From contig CAMXYZ010000001.1 in assembly GCA_947253305.1 (NCBI GenBank), positions 1 to 42,447 on the forward strand: a stretch of 42,447 nucleotides of DNA, given 5' to 3'. Of the stretch, positions 1-8,810 are shown piece after piece. The translations under genes were made by a program, and so were the position numbers. The stretch's first letter is position 1. Each line of letters opens with the position of its first letter. This DNA comes from an uncultured Helcococcus sp. (GTDB taxonomy: Bacteria; Bacillota; Clostridia; Tissierellales; Peptoniphilaceae). The notes beneath the pieces were generated by a model. That model worked only from the letters and a program-made list of their open reading frames with translations. It did not search any database and was not told the origin of the DNA.

Positions 1-48
1 CGAGATTGCCTCTTGTCTCGTGGGCTCGGAGATGTGTATAAGAGACAG
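1..48 (+). other. Illumina Nextera i7 adapter remnant (technical artifact)
   Basis: CGAGAT + 8-nt index TGCCTCTT + GTCTCGTGGGCTCGG + Tn5 mosaic end AGATGTGTATAAGAGACAG (30-48). Confidence 0.99.
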
Positions 49-471
49 CAAACAATGTTCGCAGAATTTGAAAGAGAAGTTCATGCGAAAATTGAAAATG
101 GAGAGGTGTTAACCAAAAAAGATTTTTCAGAAATATATCATCAATTAAATAAAAAATATTTCGGAGATGCAATGATTTCTGATGAAGAAATAGCATATGA
201 ATGGATGAGAATACCACATTTTTATTCTAATTTTTATGTATATAAATATGCTACAGGATTTACAGCTTCATCAATATTAGCTAGAAGAGTATTAGATGGT
301 AAAGAAAATGCATTAGAAGACTATATCAAATTCCTAAGGGATGGAAATAAACATTTCCCAATCGAGCAATTAAAGATTGCTGGAGTAGATATGTCTAAGA
401 GAGAAACTGTAGATGAATCATTAAAAATATTTGCAAATTTAGTAGATGAATTGGATGGTTTAATAAAATAG
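49..471 (+). CDS. pepF: Oligoendopeptidase F (M3B), C-terminal fragment truncated by contig start
   Basis: QTMFAEFE...WMRIPHFYSNFYVYKYATG is the PepF C-terminal signature; the first 12 aa of the ORF-track protein are adapter-derived. Confidence 0.9.
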   Translation, partial: QTMFAEFEREVHAKIENGEVLTKKDFSEIYHQLNKKYFGDAMISDEEIAYEWMRIPHFYSNFYVYKYATGFTASSILARRVLDGKENALEDYIKFLRDGNKHFPIEQLKIAGVDMSKRETVDESLKIFANLVDELDGLIK

Positions 472-497
472 TTAGTAAAAGAATTAAAGGAATTTGT

Positions 498-2321
498 ATG
501 GAGAATATAACTAAGGTAACTCTTCTTTGTACTAGCGATATTCATGGATATTATATGCCTTGGGATTATTCAGCAGACAAAGAATCTGAGCTAGGTGGTT
601 TAACAAGAGTAAGTACGATTTATAAACAAATTAAAAAGGATAATCCAAATACAATAATTATCGATAATGGAGATTTGATACAAGGTAATAATGCAGAATA
701 CTTCATGGATAGGGAAGAATTTCCAGGTATTAAAGCTATAAATAAAATTGGATATGAAATTTATAATATGGGAAATCATGAATTTAATTTTGGAATGCCT
801 AAGTTAATTCATGTGATCAGTCAATTCAATGGCGTTGCTATGATGGGTAATCTTTATAGAAAGAAGAACACCATGCGATTCATGAACGGAGTATATTATA
901 AAAATATAGGAAATATTAGAATTGGTTTTATAAGTTTGAATACTCCTTTAGTTAGAAGATTTGAAGCCAAGAGGGGTAACCTAAAGAATTTTGACGTAAT
1001 AGATGCGGATTTTGAATTATCTAAATTACTAAAAGATGTCGGTGAATGCGATGCGTTAATTGGACTATTTCATATGGGTGATGTCAATGAAAATGATATT
1101 GAAAATACTGGCGTTATAGATTTATTAAATAATGTAGAAGGTGCTGATAAAATAGATGCAGTATTCGGTGGACATATGCATCAGATTAAAAATTATAAAA
1201 TAAATAATACAATATTTTTAGAACCAGGACTACACGGAGAAGCCATAAGTAGATTAGATTTATATTTCGATCAAAATAGACCAGATAAATTAATCGAAAT
1301 AAAACCATCAATAATAATTGTCGATGATAGTATCGAATCCGATCCAGAAATAGAAGAAGTAATTAAACAATCACATAATGAATTAAGAGAAAGAATAAAT
1401 GAGTTTATAGGTTATGTAAGCGATGATCTGACTGAAAAAGATAGTATAGAGGGAATACCAGAAATATTGGTAAGACAAACTAATTTGTCTGAATTTTATA
1501 TAGACATGATTTCAAATTATACGGATGCAGATGTAATTGCAGTTCATTTTGATAATCCATATGCTGAAGTCTATAAGGGAGAAGTAAGAAGAAAACATAT
1601 AAATTCTTCATATGCATATTCTGGTGGAGAAATTTCTGTATTTAAGATTACAGGTAATCAATTGATGAGATATTTGGAATGGAATGCAGAATATTTTAAC
1701 AAATCTAATGTAGGAGATGTAAATATATCATTTAATCCTGAAAGAATTAAATACAAATATATAACTTATGATATATTGGGAAATATTTATTTCGACATAG
1801 ATATAAGAGAAAATAATGGAAATAGAATTAAGAATTTAAGATTCTTAGATGGCAGTGAAATTGATTCAGAGAAAATTTATAAAATTGCAATCAACAAGTA
1901 TAGAATGGATCAATTGCTTTCAAAACATGGTCCATTAGCAGGAGAAAATATTAAATCAATATATTCAACATTAGGAGATGAAAGTCTGGGAGTAAGAGGT
2001 ACGATAAGAAATCTAGCAATGAAGTATATTAGTGAACTGCCTGATAAAACTTATCATCCAAAAACAAGAATCAGATGGAATATATTAACAAATGATTTAT
2101 ACAAAGATTATATCGATATAGCTATAGATCTTGTTAACGAAGCCTCACTTGAATTATACAAGACCAAAAATGGAAAAATCGATTTAAGTAAATCATTAAA
2201 TATTTTTGATGAATTGGAAGAATATCAATTAGACAAATTAAAAGAAAAATACTATATTAATCCTGAAACTAAAATACTTAAGGAAATTATAGATGAAATA
2301 AAGGAGAATTATGAAATTTAA
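498..2321 (+). CDS. Bifunctional metallophosphatase/5'-nucleotidase family protein (CpdB/UshA-like), no signal peptide
   Basis: Calcineurin-like motifs TSDIHG, DNGD, GNHEF, FHMG, GGHMH followed by a 5'-nucleotidase-like C-terminal region. Confidence 0.85.
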   Translation: MENITKVTLLCTSDIHGYYMPWDYSADKESELGGLTRVSTIYKQIKKDNPNTIIIDNGDLIQGNNAEYFMDREEFPGIKAINKIGYEIYNMGNHEFNFGMPKLIHVISQFNGVAMMGNLYRKKNTMRFMNGVYYKNIGNIRIGFISLNTPLVRRFEAKRGNLKNFDVIDADFELSKLLKDVGECDALIGLFHMGDVNENDIENTGVIDLLNNVEGADKIDAVFGGHMHQIKNYKINNTIFLEPGLHGEAISRLDLYFDQNRPDKLIEIKPSIIIVDDSIESDPEIEEVIKQSHNELRERINEFIGYVSDDLTEKDSIEGIPEILVRQTNLSEFYIDMISNYTDADVIAVHFDNPYAEVYKGEVRRKHINSSYAYSGGEISVFKITGNQLMRYLEWNAEYFNKSNVGDVNISFNPERIKYKYITYDILGNIYFDIDIRENNGNRIKNLRFLDGSEIDSEKIYKIAINKYRMDQLLSKHGPLAGENIKSIYSTLGDESLGVRGTIRNLAMKYISELPDKTYHPKTRIRWNILTNDLYKDYIDIAIDLVNEASLELYKTKNGKIDLSKSLNIFDELEEYQLDKLKEKYYINPETKILKEIIDEIKENYEI

Positions 2322-4008
2322 GGATATAGAATATAAAAGACCGGATTTTGAAGAATATTTTAAAACTATCAATGATAAATTAGATTCATTAGAAAAAACA
2401 GATAGTGAAGAAGAATTTTTTAATATATTAAATGAGATTGAAGAAGAGGGTAAAAAATTCTCTCAAGCATACAATATTTCTTATATAAGAAATTCTATAA
2501 ATACAAGAGATGAATTTTATGAGAAAGAAGTTGAAGCTTTTGACGAAGTGCTACCAAGAGCACATGAGCTTTCAAATAAACTTCAAAGAATTAGACTTAA
2601 TTCAAAATTTAGAGAAGAATTTGAAAGAAGATTTGGAACAAATATTACAAATACAGACCAACTTCAATTAGATATATTTAAACCAGAAATAATGGAAGAT
2701 AGAGTAGAAGAAGCTAAATTGAGTAATGAATATCAAAAACTTCTAGGTACCGCTGAAATTGAATATGATGGTAAGAAATTAAATATATCTCAAATGTCAC
2801 CATATCTACAATCAAGAGACAGAGAAGTTAGGAAAAATGCATCTGAAGCTTTCTATAATTGGTTCTCAAAAAATAGTGATGAATTAGATAGAATCTATGA
2901 CGAATTGGTTAGCATAAGACATAGAATAGCTAAGAAACTTGGTTTTGAAAGTTATATTGAAGTAGCTTATAGATCTTTTGGAAGAACTGATTGGGATAGA
3001 AATGACGCTAAGAATTACAGAGATTTAATTAAAAAACATATAGTTCCTCTAACACAAAAATTCTATCAAGAACAGTCTGAAAGAATTGGAATTAAGGATA
3101 TGAAATATTATGATATTTCATTGAAATTCTTATCAGGAAATCCAACACCTAAAGGCGAAAGAGATTATCTTGTAAATGAAGCTCAAAAGATGTATAAAGA
3201 ATTATCTGAAGAAACAGAAGAATTTTTTAATACAATGATTGAATGGGATTTAATGGATTTAGATTCTAAAGATGGTAAAGCACCAGGTGGCTATATGACT
3301 CAATTGGAAGAAATTGGTCTACCATTTATATTTGCAAATTTTAATGGCACAGCTCACGATGTAGATGTACTGACTCACGAAGCGGGACATGCATTCCAAG
3401 GATATCTAACAAGAGATGTATATCCTAGAGCAAATGCAGCTGGATGTATGGAAATTATGGAAACTCATTCAATGAGTATGGAATTCTTTACTCATCCATG
3501 GATGGAAGCATTCTTCAAAGAAGATACTGAAAAGTATTATTATAATCATGTTGTGTCAGCGTTAGAATTCTTACCTTATGGTGCATTAATTGATCATTAT
3601 CAAGAATGGGTTTACGACAATCCAGAAGCTACAGAGGAAGAAAGAAATACTGAATTTAGAAGATTACAAATGGAATATATGCCTCATCTAGATTATGAAA
3701 ATAATGAATACTTAAATGCAGGTAAGAGATGGCATGCTCAAATGCATGTATTCCAAGTTCCATTTTATTATCTAGATTACACCATCGCTCAATTAAATGC
3801 ATTTCAATTCTTTGTATTAGATTTAGAAAATCACGAAGATGCTTGGAGTAAGTATTTAGAATTATGTAAATTAGGTGGAAAATTGGGAACAAAAGAAATT
3901 ATAAAAAATGCAGGACTAAAAGTTCCATTTGAAGAAGAGACATTTGAATTTATTGTTCCTAAATTAGAAGCATATTTGGATTCACTTGATAAAAGTAAAA
4001 TATTATAA
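2311..4008 (+). CDS. M3 family oligoendopeptidase
   Basis: MKFKDIEYKRPD start, GKAPGGY, PFIFANFNGT, HEAGH zinc motif, ETHSMSMEF, PFYYLDY. Confidence 0.92.
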   Translation: MKFKDIEYKRPDFEEYFKTINDKLDSLEKTDSEEEFFNILNEIEEEGKKFSQAYNISYIRNSINTRDEFYEKEVEAFDEVLPRAHELSNKLQRIRLNSKFREEFERRFGTNITNTDQLQLDIFKPEIMEDRVEEAKLSNEYQKLLGTAEIEYDGKKLNISQMSPYLQSRDREVRKNASEAFYNWFSKNSDELDRIYDELVSIRHRIAKKLGFESYIEVAYRSFGRTDWDRNDAKNYRDLIKKHIVPLTQKFYQEQSERIGIKDMKYYDISLKFLSGNPTPKGERDYLVNEAQKMYKELSEETEEFFNTMIEWDLMDLDSKDGKAPGGYMTQLEEIGLPFIFANFNGTAHDVDVLTHEAGHAFQGYLTRDVYPRANAAGCMEIMETHSMSMEFFTHPWMEAFFKEDTEKYYYNHVVSALEFLPYGALIDHYQEWVYDNPEATEEERNTEFRRLQMEYMPHLDYENNEYLNAGKRWHAQMHVFQVPFYYLDYTIAQLNAFQFFVLDLENHEDAWSKYLELCKLGGKLGTKEIIKNAGLKVPFEEETFEFIVPKLEAYLDSLDKSKIL

Positions 4009-4028
4009 TAATAAAAAGTTTAAAACGA

Positions 4029-4060
4029 AAAAGCTGTTGTACTCAAATACAACAGCTTTT
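4029..4060. terminator. Bidirectional intrinsic terminator between convergent genes
   Basis: Perfect 13-bp stem AAAAGCTGTTGTA/TACAACAGCTTTT, 6-nt loop. Confidence 0.85.
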
Positions 4061-4063
4061 GAA

Positions 4064-5035
4064 TTATAATTCTGCTGAACCTAATATAATTGCTATTGCG
4101 ATAACAGCAATTGCATATATTATAAAATAAACATCTGTAAACAATGCCTTTAAGCTACTTTTATCTAATTCAGTCATTTTTAGATTTTCTCTCCTTCTTG
4201 CTTTTCTCTTTGATAAGAAAAGATTCACTAAGGAATATAGCATTAATCCATACATAAATAGTATTGTTATGAGAAGTGGAATAGAAATTGACTCCATTAC
4301 TAATTCGTCAGGTAGAAATTGGCCAATAATCATAGTAAATAAATTATTCGCTATATGAATTATAGCTGCGGCCTTAAATGAATAAGCATATCCTATATAT
4401 GATAAGACTAATCCAATACCTAAGGTTCCAATTCCTTGTAAGAAATTCATATGTGATAATGCGAATATAAAGGCTGAAACAATTACACTCATATATAATC
4501 CATATTTTCTTAAATGATTTACGTAATACCCTCTGTACTGTACTTCTTCTAATATTGGACCTACTATTATTGCGTAAATTGCTATGCTAGGAGACGTAGA
4601 ACTTTGAAGTATTTGGGTCACATCAATTGAAGAAATATTGAAAATATTCATTAAAAATTGTGTGATAATATTAAATACAAAGGATAGTATAAATGTCAAA
4701 CCTAAAAAGAAGAAAAAGTCAGAAATACCAAATTTATATTTATATTCCTTCTTCATCATTGGCAATTTATCTCTACCTATAAAAAATGTAATAATCAACA
4801 TTGATAGAGAAACTATTACAATCATGAGTATACCTTTATCTTGTATATATTTATCAAATAAAGCAGCTAATAAATTAAGAGATAAAAAATATATGACTGC
4901 ACTATTCAAAACTTTCCATAAAGCTTTTTTTCTCTCTTGTTTTAAGCTATCATCATCAAAATTATTAGATGGATCGATTTCTGTTCTTCCAGCATAAGTG
5001 CTTAAAGATTCTTGTTGTCTTTCAAAACCATTCAT
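4064..5035 (-). CDS. CPBP family (Abi/CAAX-like) intramembrane glutamic protease
   Basis: Multiple TM segments; motifs EExxxR (EEVQYRG), FxxxH (FALSH), HxxxN (HIANN). Confidence 0.88.
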   Translation of the reverse strand: MNGFERQQESLSTYAGRTEIDPSNNFDDDSLKQERKKALWKVLNSAVIYFLSLNLLAALFDKYIQDKGILMIVIVSLSMLIITFFIGRDKLPMMKKEYKYKFGISDFFFFLGLTFILSFVFNIITQFLMNIFNISSIDVTQILQSSTSPSIAIYAIIVGPILEEVQYRGYYVNHLRKYGLYMSVIVSAFIFALSHMNFLQGIGTLGIGLVLSYIGYAYSFKAAAIIHIANNLFTMIIGQFLPDELVMESISIPLLITILFMYGLMLYSLVNLFLSKRKARRRENLKMTELDKSSLKALFTDVYFIIYAIAVIAIAIILGSAEL

Positions 5036-5053
5036 AATTAACTCCTATTCTTT

Positions 5054-6154
5054 TTATACATTATGTCTAAAATGGACTACATCTCCATCTTGCATAATAT
5101 ATTCTTTACCCTCTAGTCTTACTTTTCCAGCTTCTCTAGCCTTAGCCATTGAGCCTTCATAATTCATTAATTCATCATAAGATATAACTTCAGCTCTTAT
5201 AAAACCTCTTGATATATCTGAGTGAATTTTACCAGCTGCATCTACAGCTTTTGTGCCTTTTTTTATTGTCCAAGCTCGAGTTTCTATTTCTCCTGTTGTT
5301 ATAAATGACATCAAGCCTAGTAAATCGTAAGAAGCAATGATTAATTTATCAAGTCCAGGACTTTCGAGTCCCATCATTTCTAAATATTCTTCTTTTTCTT
5401 CTTCACTATCTAAATTTGATATTTCAGCTTCAATTTTAGCGGATATAACAACTACAGTTGCATCTTCTGTTTTTGCAAATTTTCTGATCTCATTAACCCA
5501 TTTATTAGAGCTTCCATCATCTGCTACTTCATCTTCAGATACATTAGCTACATATATAATTGGCTTTGAAGATAGCAGAGGATATCCTTTTAATATACTT
5601 TTTTCTTCGTCATTTAATTCTAGTATTCTAGCAGATTTACCTTCTTCTAAAACTGCATGAACTTTTTGCATAAGCTCTAATTCTGCTTGTTTTGACTTGT
5701 CAGCTTTTGCCTGTTTTGTTAGTCTATTGATAACACCTTCAACCATGTCTAAATCGGAAAAAATAAGTTCTAGATTAATTGTTTCAATATCTCTGATAGG
5801 ATCAACTCCACCATCTACATGTGTAACATTTGGATCATCAAAACATCTAAGTACTTCTACAATAGCTTCAGATTCTCTAATATTTGCAAGGAATTTATTT
5901 CCTAATCCTTCTCCCTTGCTTGCACCTCTTACTAAACCCGCAATATCATAAAATTCTATAAATGCAGGAACGATTTTCTTTGAATTACTTATTTCACTTA
6001 ATTTATTTAATCTCTTATCTGGAACATCCACAACGCCAACATTTGGCTCGATTGTTGTAAAAGGGTAATTTGCAGATTCTGCTCCAGCTTTCGTAATAGC
6101 ATTAAAAAGAGTTGACTTTCCCACATTTGGAAGTCCAACTATACCTAATTTCAT
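5054..6154 (-). CDS. ychF: Redox-regulated ribosome-binding ATPase YchF
   Basis: GIVGLPNVGKST, ANYPFTTIEPN, DIAGLVRGASKGEGLGNKFL, C-terminal TGS domain. Confidence 0.97.
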   Translation of the reverse strand: MKLGIVGLPNVGKSTLFNAITKAGAESANYPFTTIEPNVGVVDVPDKRLNKLSEISNSKKIVPAFIEFYDIAGLVRGASKGEGLGNKFLANIRESEAIVEVLRCFDDPNVTHVDGGVDPIRDIETINLELIFSDLDMVEGVINRLTKQAKADKSKQAELELMQKVHAVLEEGKSARILELNDEEKSILKGYPLLSSKPIIYVANVSEDEVADDGSSNKWVNEIRKFAKTEDATVVVISAKIEAEISNLDSEEEKEEYLEMMGLESPGLDKLIIASYDLLGLMSFITTGEIETRAWTIKKGTKAVDAAGKIHSDISRGFIRAEVISYDELMNYEGSMAKAREAGKVRLEGKEYIMQDGDVVHFRHNV

Positions 6155-6335
6155 ATATACCTCAACTTTCTATACCTGTTAATTATAGATTATATTCAAG
6201 TAAAAATAAAGGGATAAAGAATAAAATAGAAAATATTAGATTATTTTAACTATATTAAATATAGGGTATAATTTTATTGATGGTAAAAACTTTTTATTAA
6301 GATGCTGTGTAATTTGAAAATGTAAAGGAAATAAT

Positions 6336-7184
6336 ATGATGAATAAGAAAGACATAAAATATATTGTATTGGATTTAGATGGGACTTTATTGAATGATGA
6401 TTTAGTAATAACAGAAAAAACAAAAAAAGCGCTTAAAAAAGTACAAGATGATGGGATAGATTTAGTAATAGCTTCTGGTAGATCTGTTGAAGGGATAATC
6501 GAATATGCGAAAGAGTTAGGCGTAGATAAACATCATGGATTAATCATAGCTAGCAATGGTACAAGACTGTATGATGTTAAAGAAGATAAAAATATATTTG
6601 AAGAAAAATTAAGCGTTGAAGATACGAAGAAAGTATTAAGACATCTAGAACAATTTGAACTTTATCCATTCATATTAAAGGGTGATGATATGTATGTTGA
6701 TAGTCTAGATAAGGTAAATATAGATACAAATACTCATTTGGGCAAGATAAATATTTTTGAATGGGAAGCAAGTCTCGGAGATTCTAATTTAATAGAAGTT
6801 GACAATTTAAGTGATTTTATAGATTTCCCAGTCTATAAGATAAACTCAAGTGGTGATCCAAAATATATCGATAAACATTTAGATGAATTTACAAAAGGGA
6901 TTGAAGATATAGTTTATAGTGCTAGAACATTAGAATTTTCTGTTGAAATATTAAAATGTGGAGTAAGTAAGGGCCATGCTTTAGAAAAAATAAATGCAAA
7001 GCCGGGAGAGATAATAGCATTTGGAGATAGCATGAATGATTTAGAAATGATTAAGTATGCCAAATATGGTATCGCTATGAAAAATGCAATGGATGAAGTA
7101 AAAGAAAATTCTTTTGAAATTACCGAATCCAATAATGATGATGGAATTTATCATTTCTTAAATAAACATGGGTTCTTAGATTAG
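6336..7184 (+). CDS. Cof-type HAD-IIB hydrolase
   Basis: DLDGTLL, ASGR, SKG, FGDSMND motifs. Confidence 0.92.
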   Translation: MMNKKDIKYIVLDLDGTLLNDDLVITEKTKKALKKVQDDGIDLVIASGRSVEGIIEYAKELGVDKHHGLIIASNGTRLYDVKEDKNIFEEKLSVEDTKKVLRHLEQFELYPFILKGDDMYVDSLDKVNIDTNTHLGKINIFEWEASLGDSNLIEVDNLSDFIDFPVYKINSSGDPKYIDKHLDEFTKGIEDIVYSARTLEFSVEILKCGVSKGHALEKINAKPGEIIAFGDSMNDLEMIKYAKYGIAMKNAMDEVKENSFEITESNNDDGIYHFLNKHGFLD

Positions 7185-7192
7185 GAGTATAA

Positions 7193-8035
7193 ATGACAGA
7201 TATTAAAACAATAGCTTTGGATATAGATGGGACACTATATGACAGGGAACATAATATTCAAGAGAAGACCAAAAAGGCGTTAATTGAACTACAGGATAGA
7301 GGAATCGAAATTATATTAGCATCTGGTAGACCAATTAATGGGATGCTTGAAATTGCAGAAGAATTAGAGATGGATAAACATCATGGAATAATAATTTCCA
7401 ATAATGGAGCAGTAGCTTATGATGTTAGAAATAATAAAACAATATTCGATAGTCCAATAAAGAAAGAGCATATTAAAGAGATATTAGAAAATAATAAAAA
7501 ATATGATATCCCAGCAATGATTCAAAAAGATAATTATATGTTGGTTGAAAATGTATATGATGGAGTAGTTGATTCTGGTGACTTAGGTAAGGGAGTAATC
7601 AATATAATAGAATGGGAAGCTAGAAATGGAAATTTCTTATTGAAAGAAGTAGAATCATTAGTAGATGCTATTGATTTTCCAGTAAATAAAATACTTACAA
7701 TAGTTGAACCAGAATTCTTGAAAAACAATATGAAAGATATAATAAAACCTTTAAAAGGAAAGCTTCATATAGTTCCTACAACTACATTTTATTTAGAATA
7801 CACCAATCTAGGAGTCAATAAAGCAAGTGCACTTAAAAAATTAGGAGTTGATAGAGAAACTTTAATGTCATTTGGGGATAGTTTAAACGATAAAGAAATG
7901 ATCGAGTATGCAAAATATGGAGTAGCTATGTCAAATGGTGCCGAAGAAGTAAAAGAGGTTGCGGATTATATAACTGGAGATAGAGACGATGAGGGGATTT
8001 ATAATGCGTTGAAGCATTATGGATTAATTCACTAA
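7193..8035 (+). CDS. Cof-type HAD-IIB hydrolase (tandem paralog)
   Basis: DIDGTL, ASGR, NKA, FGDSLND motifs; colinear with the upstream paralog. Confidence 0.92.
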   Translation: MTDIKTIALDIDGTLYDREHNIQEKTKKALIELQDRGIEIILASGRPINGMLEIAEELEMDKHHGIIISNNGAVAYDVRNNKTIFDSPIKKEHIKEILENNKKYDIPAMIQKDNYMLVENVYDGVVDSGDLGKGVINIIEWEARNGNFLLKEVESLVDAIDFPVNKILTIVEPEFLKNNMKDIIKPLKGKLHIVPTTTFYLEYTNLGVNKASALKKLGVDRETLMSFGDSLNDKEMIEYAKYGVAMSNGAEEVKEVADYITGDRDDEGIYNALKHYGLIH

Positions 8036-8075
8036 ATAAAAATATTAATAATTTATATTTTAATGAGAGGAAAGA

Positions 8076-8687
8076 ATGGAAGAAAATCATTATAATAAAA
8101 AATCTGTACCCCAAGAATTGCAATTTATTCTTCTTTTAGAAGAGATGAAGAGAATTGAAAGAATGACACCAGTATTAGGTGCAAATAGAAAAGAAAATGA
8201 TGCAGAACATTCTTGGCAAATTGCGAGTATGGCATTATTCTTAAAGGATAGAACTAAATTAAATATAAATATAGATAAAGTTATTAAAATGCTATTAGTT
8301 CATGATATTGTCGAGGTATTTGCGGGGGATACATTTGCTTATGATATTAAAGCGAATGAAGATAAAGAAGAGAGAGAAAATGAATCATTAAAAAAGGTTA
8401 AGGAATATTTAACTTATGAAAATGCTGAGTTATTAGAATCTTTATGGAGAGAATTTGATGCTCTAGAAACTGATGATTCAAAGTTTGCGAATGCTATGGA
8501 TAGATTAGCTCCTTTATTCTTAAATATCCAAACAGGAAATGGTGGAACATGGACAGATAATAATGTTAAATTATCACAAGTTTTAAAAAGAGCGGAACCA
8601 ATAAAACATCTAGATGATAGCATATATGAATATATAGAAAATGAGATATTCAAAGCCTGTGAAAAAGGATTTATAATAAAAGATTAA
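8076..8687 (+). CDS. HD-domain hydrolase (YfbR/HD_3-like 5'-deoxynucleotidase family)
   Basis: ENDAEHSW, LVHDIVE, AGD, MDRL motifs. Confidence 0.85.
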   Translation: MEENHYNKKSVPQELQFILLLEEMKRIERMTPVLGANRKENDAEHSWQIASMALFLKDRTKLNINIDKVIKMLLVHDIVEVFAGDTFAYDIKANEDKEERENESLKKVKEYLTYENAELLESLWREFDALETDDSKFANAMDRLAPLFLNIQTGNGGTWTDNNVKLSQVLKRAEPIKHLDDSIYEYIENEIFKACEKGFIIKD

Positions 8688-8693
8688 TAAATG

Positions 8694-8724
8694 TCCAGCT
8701 ATAAATTAAATGTAGCTGGATTTT
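8694..8724 (+). terminator. Intrinsic terminator
   Basis: TCCAGCTAT/GTAGCTGGA stem followed by TTTT, just after the stop codon. Confidence 0.7.
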
Positions 8725-8810
8725 AATTTAAAATATATTGACAACTGTTGTATAATACTAGTAAGAAGAAAATTAATAAACAAGAATAAAATATTGAGTA
8801 GGAGAAAATT

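Noticed and set aside
13..48. ORF-track N-terminus MSRGLGDVYKRQ
   Set aside because: Translation of adapter sequence.
4638..4997. 119-aa antisense ORF (and similar shadow ORFs such as 5337-5660, 21212-21517, 25034-25372, 29402-29884, 39832-40293)
   Set aside because: They overlap well-supported genes on the opposite strand, show no family motifs, and have compositions typical of antisense frames.
8738..8756. TTGACA and TATAAT upstream of aminopeptidase P, with a short palindrome ACAAC-T-GTTGT
   Set aside because: The two hexamers are only 7 bp apart and cannot be one promoter; the palindrome is too short to call.
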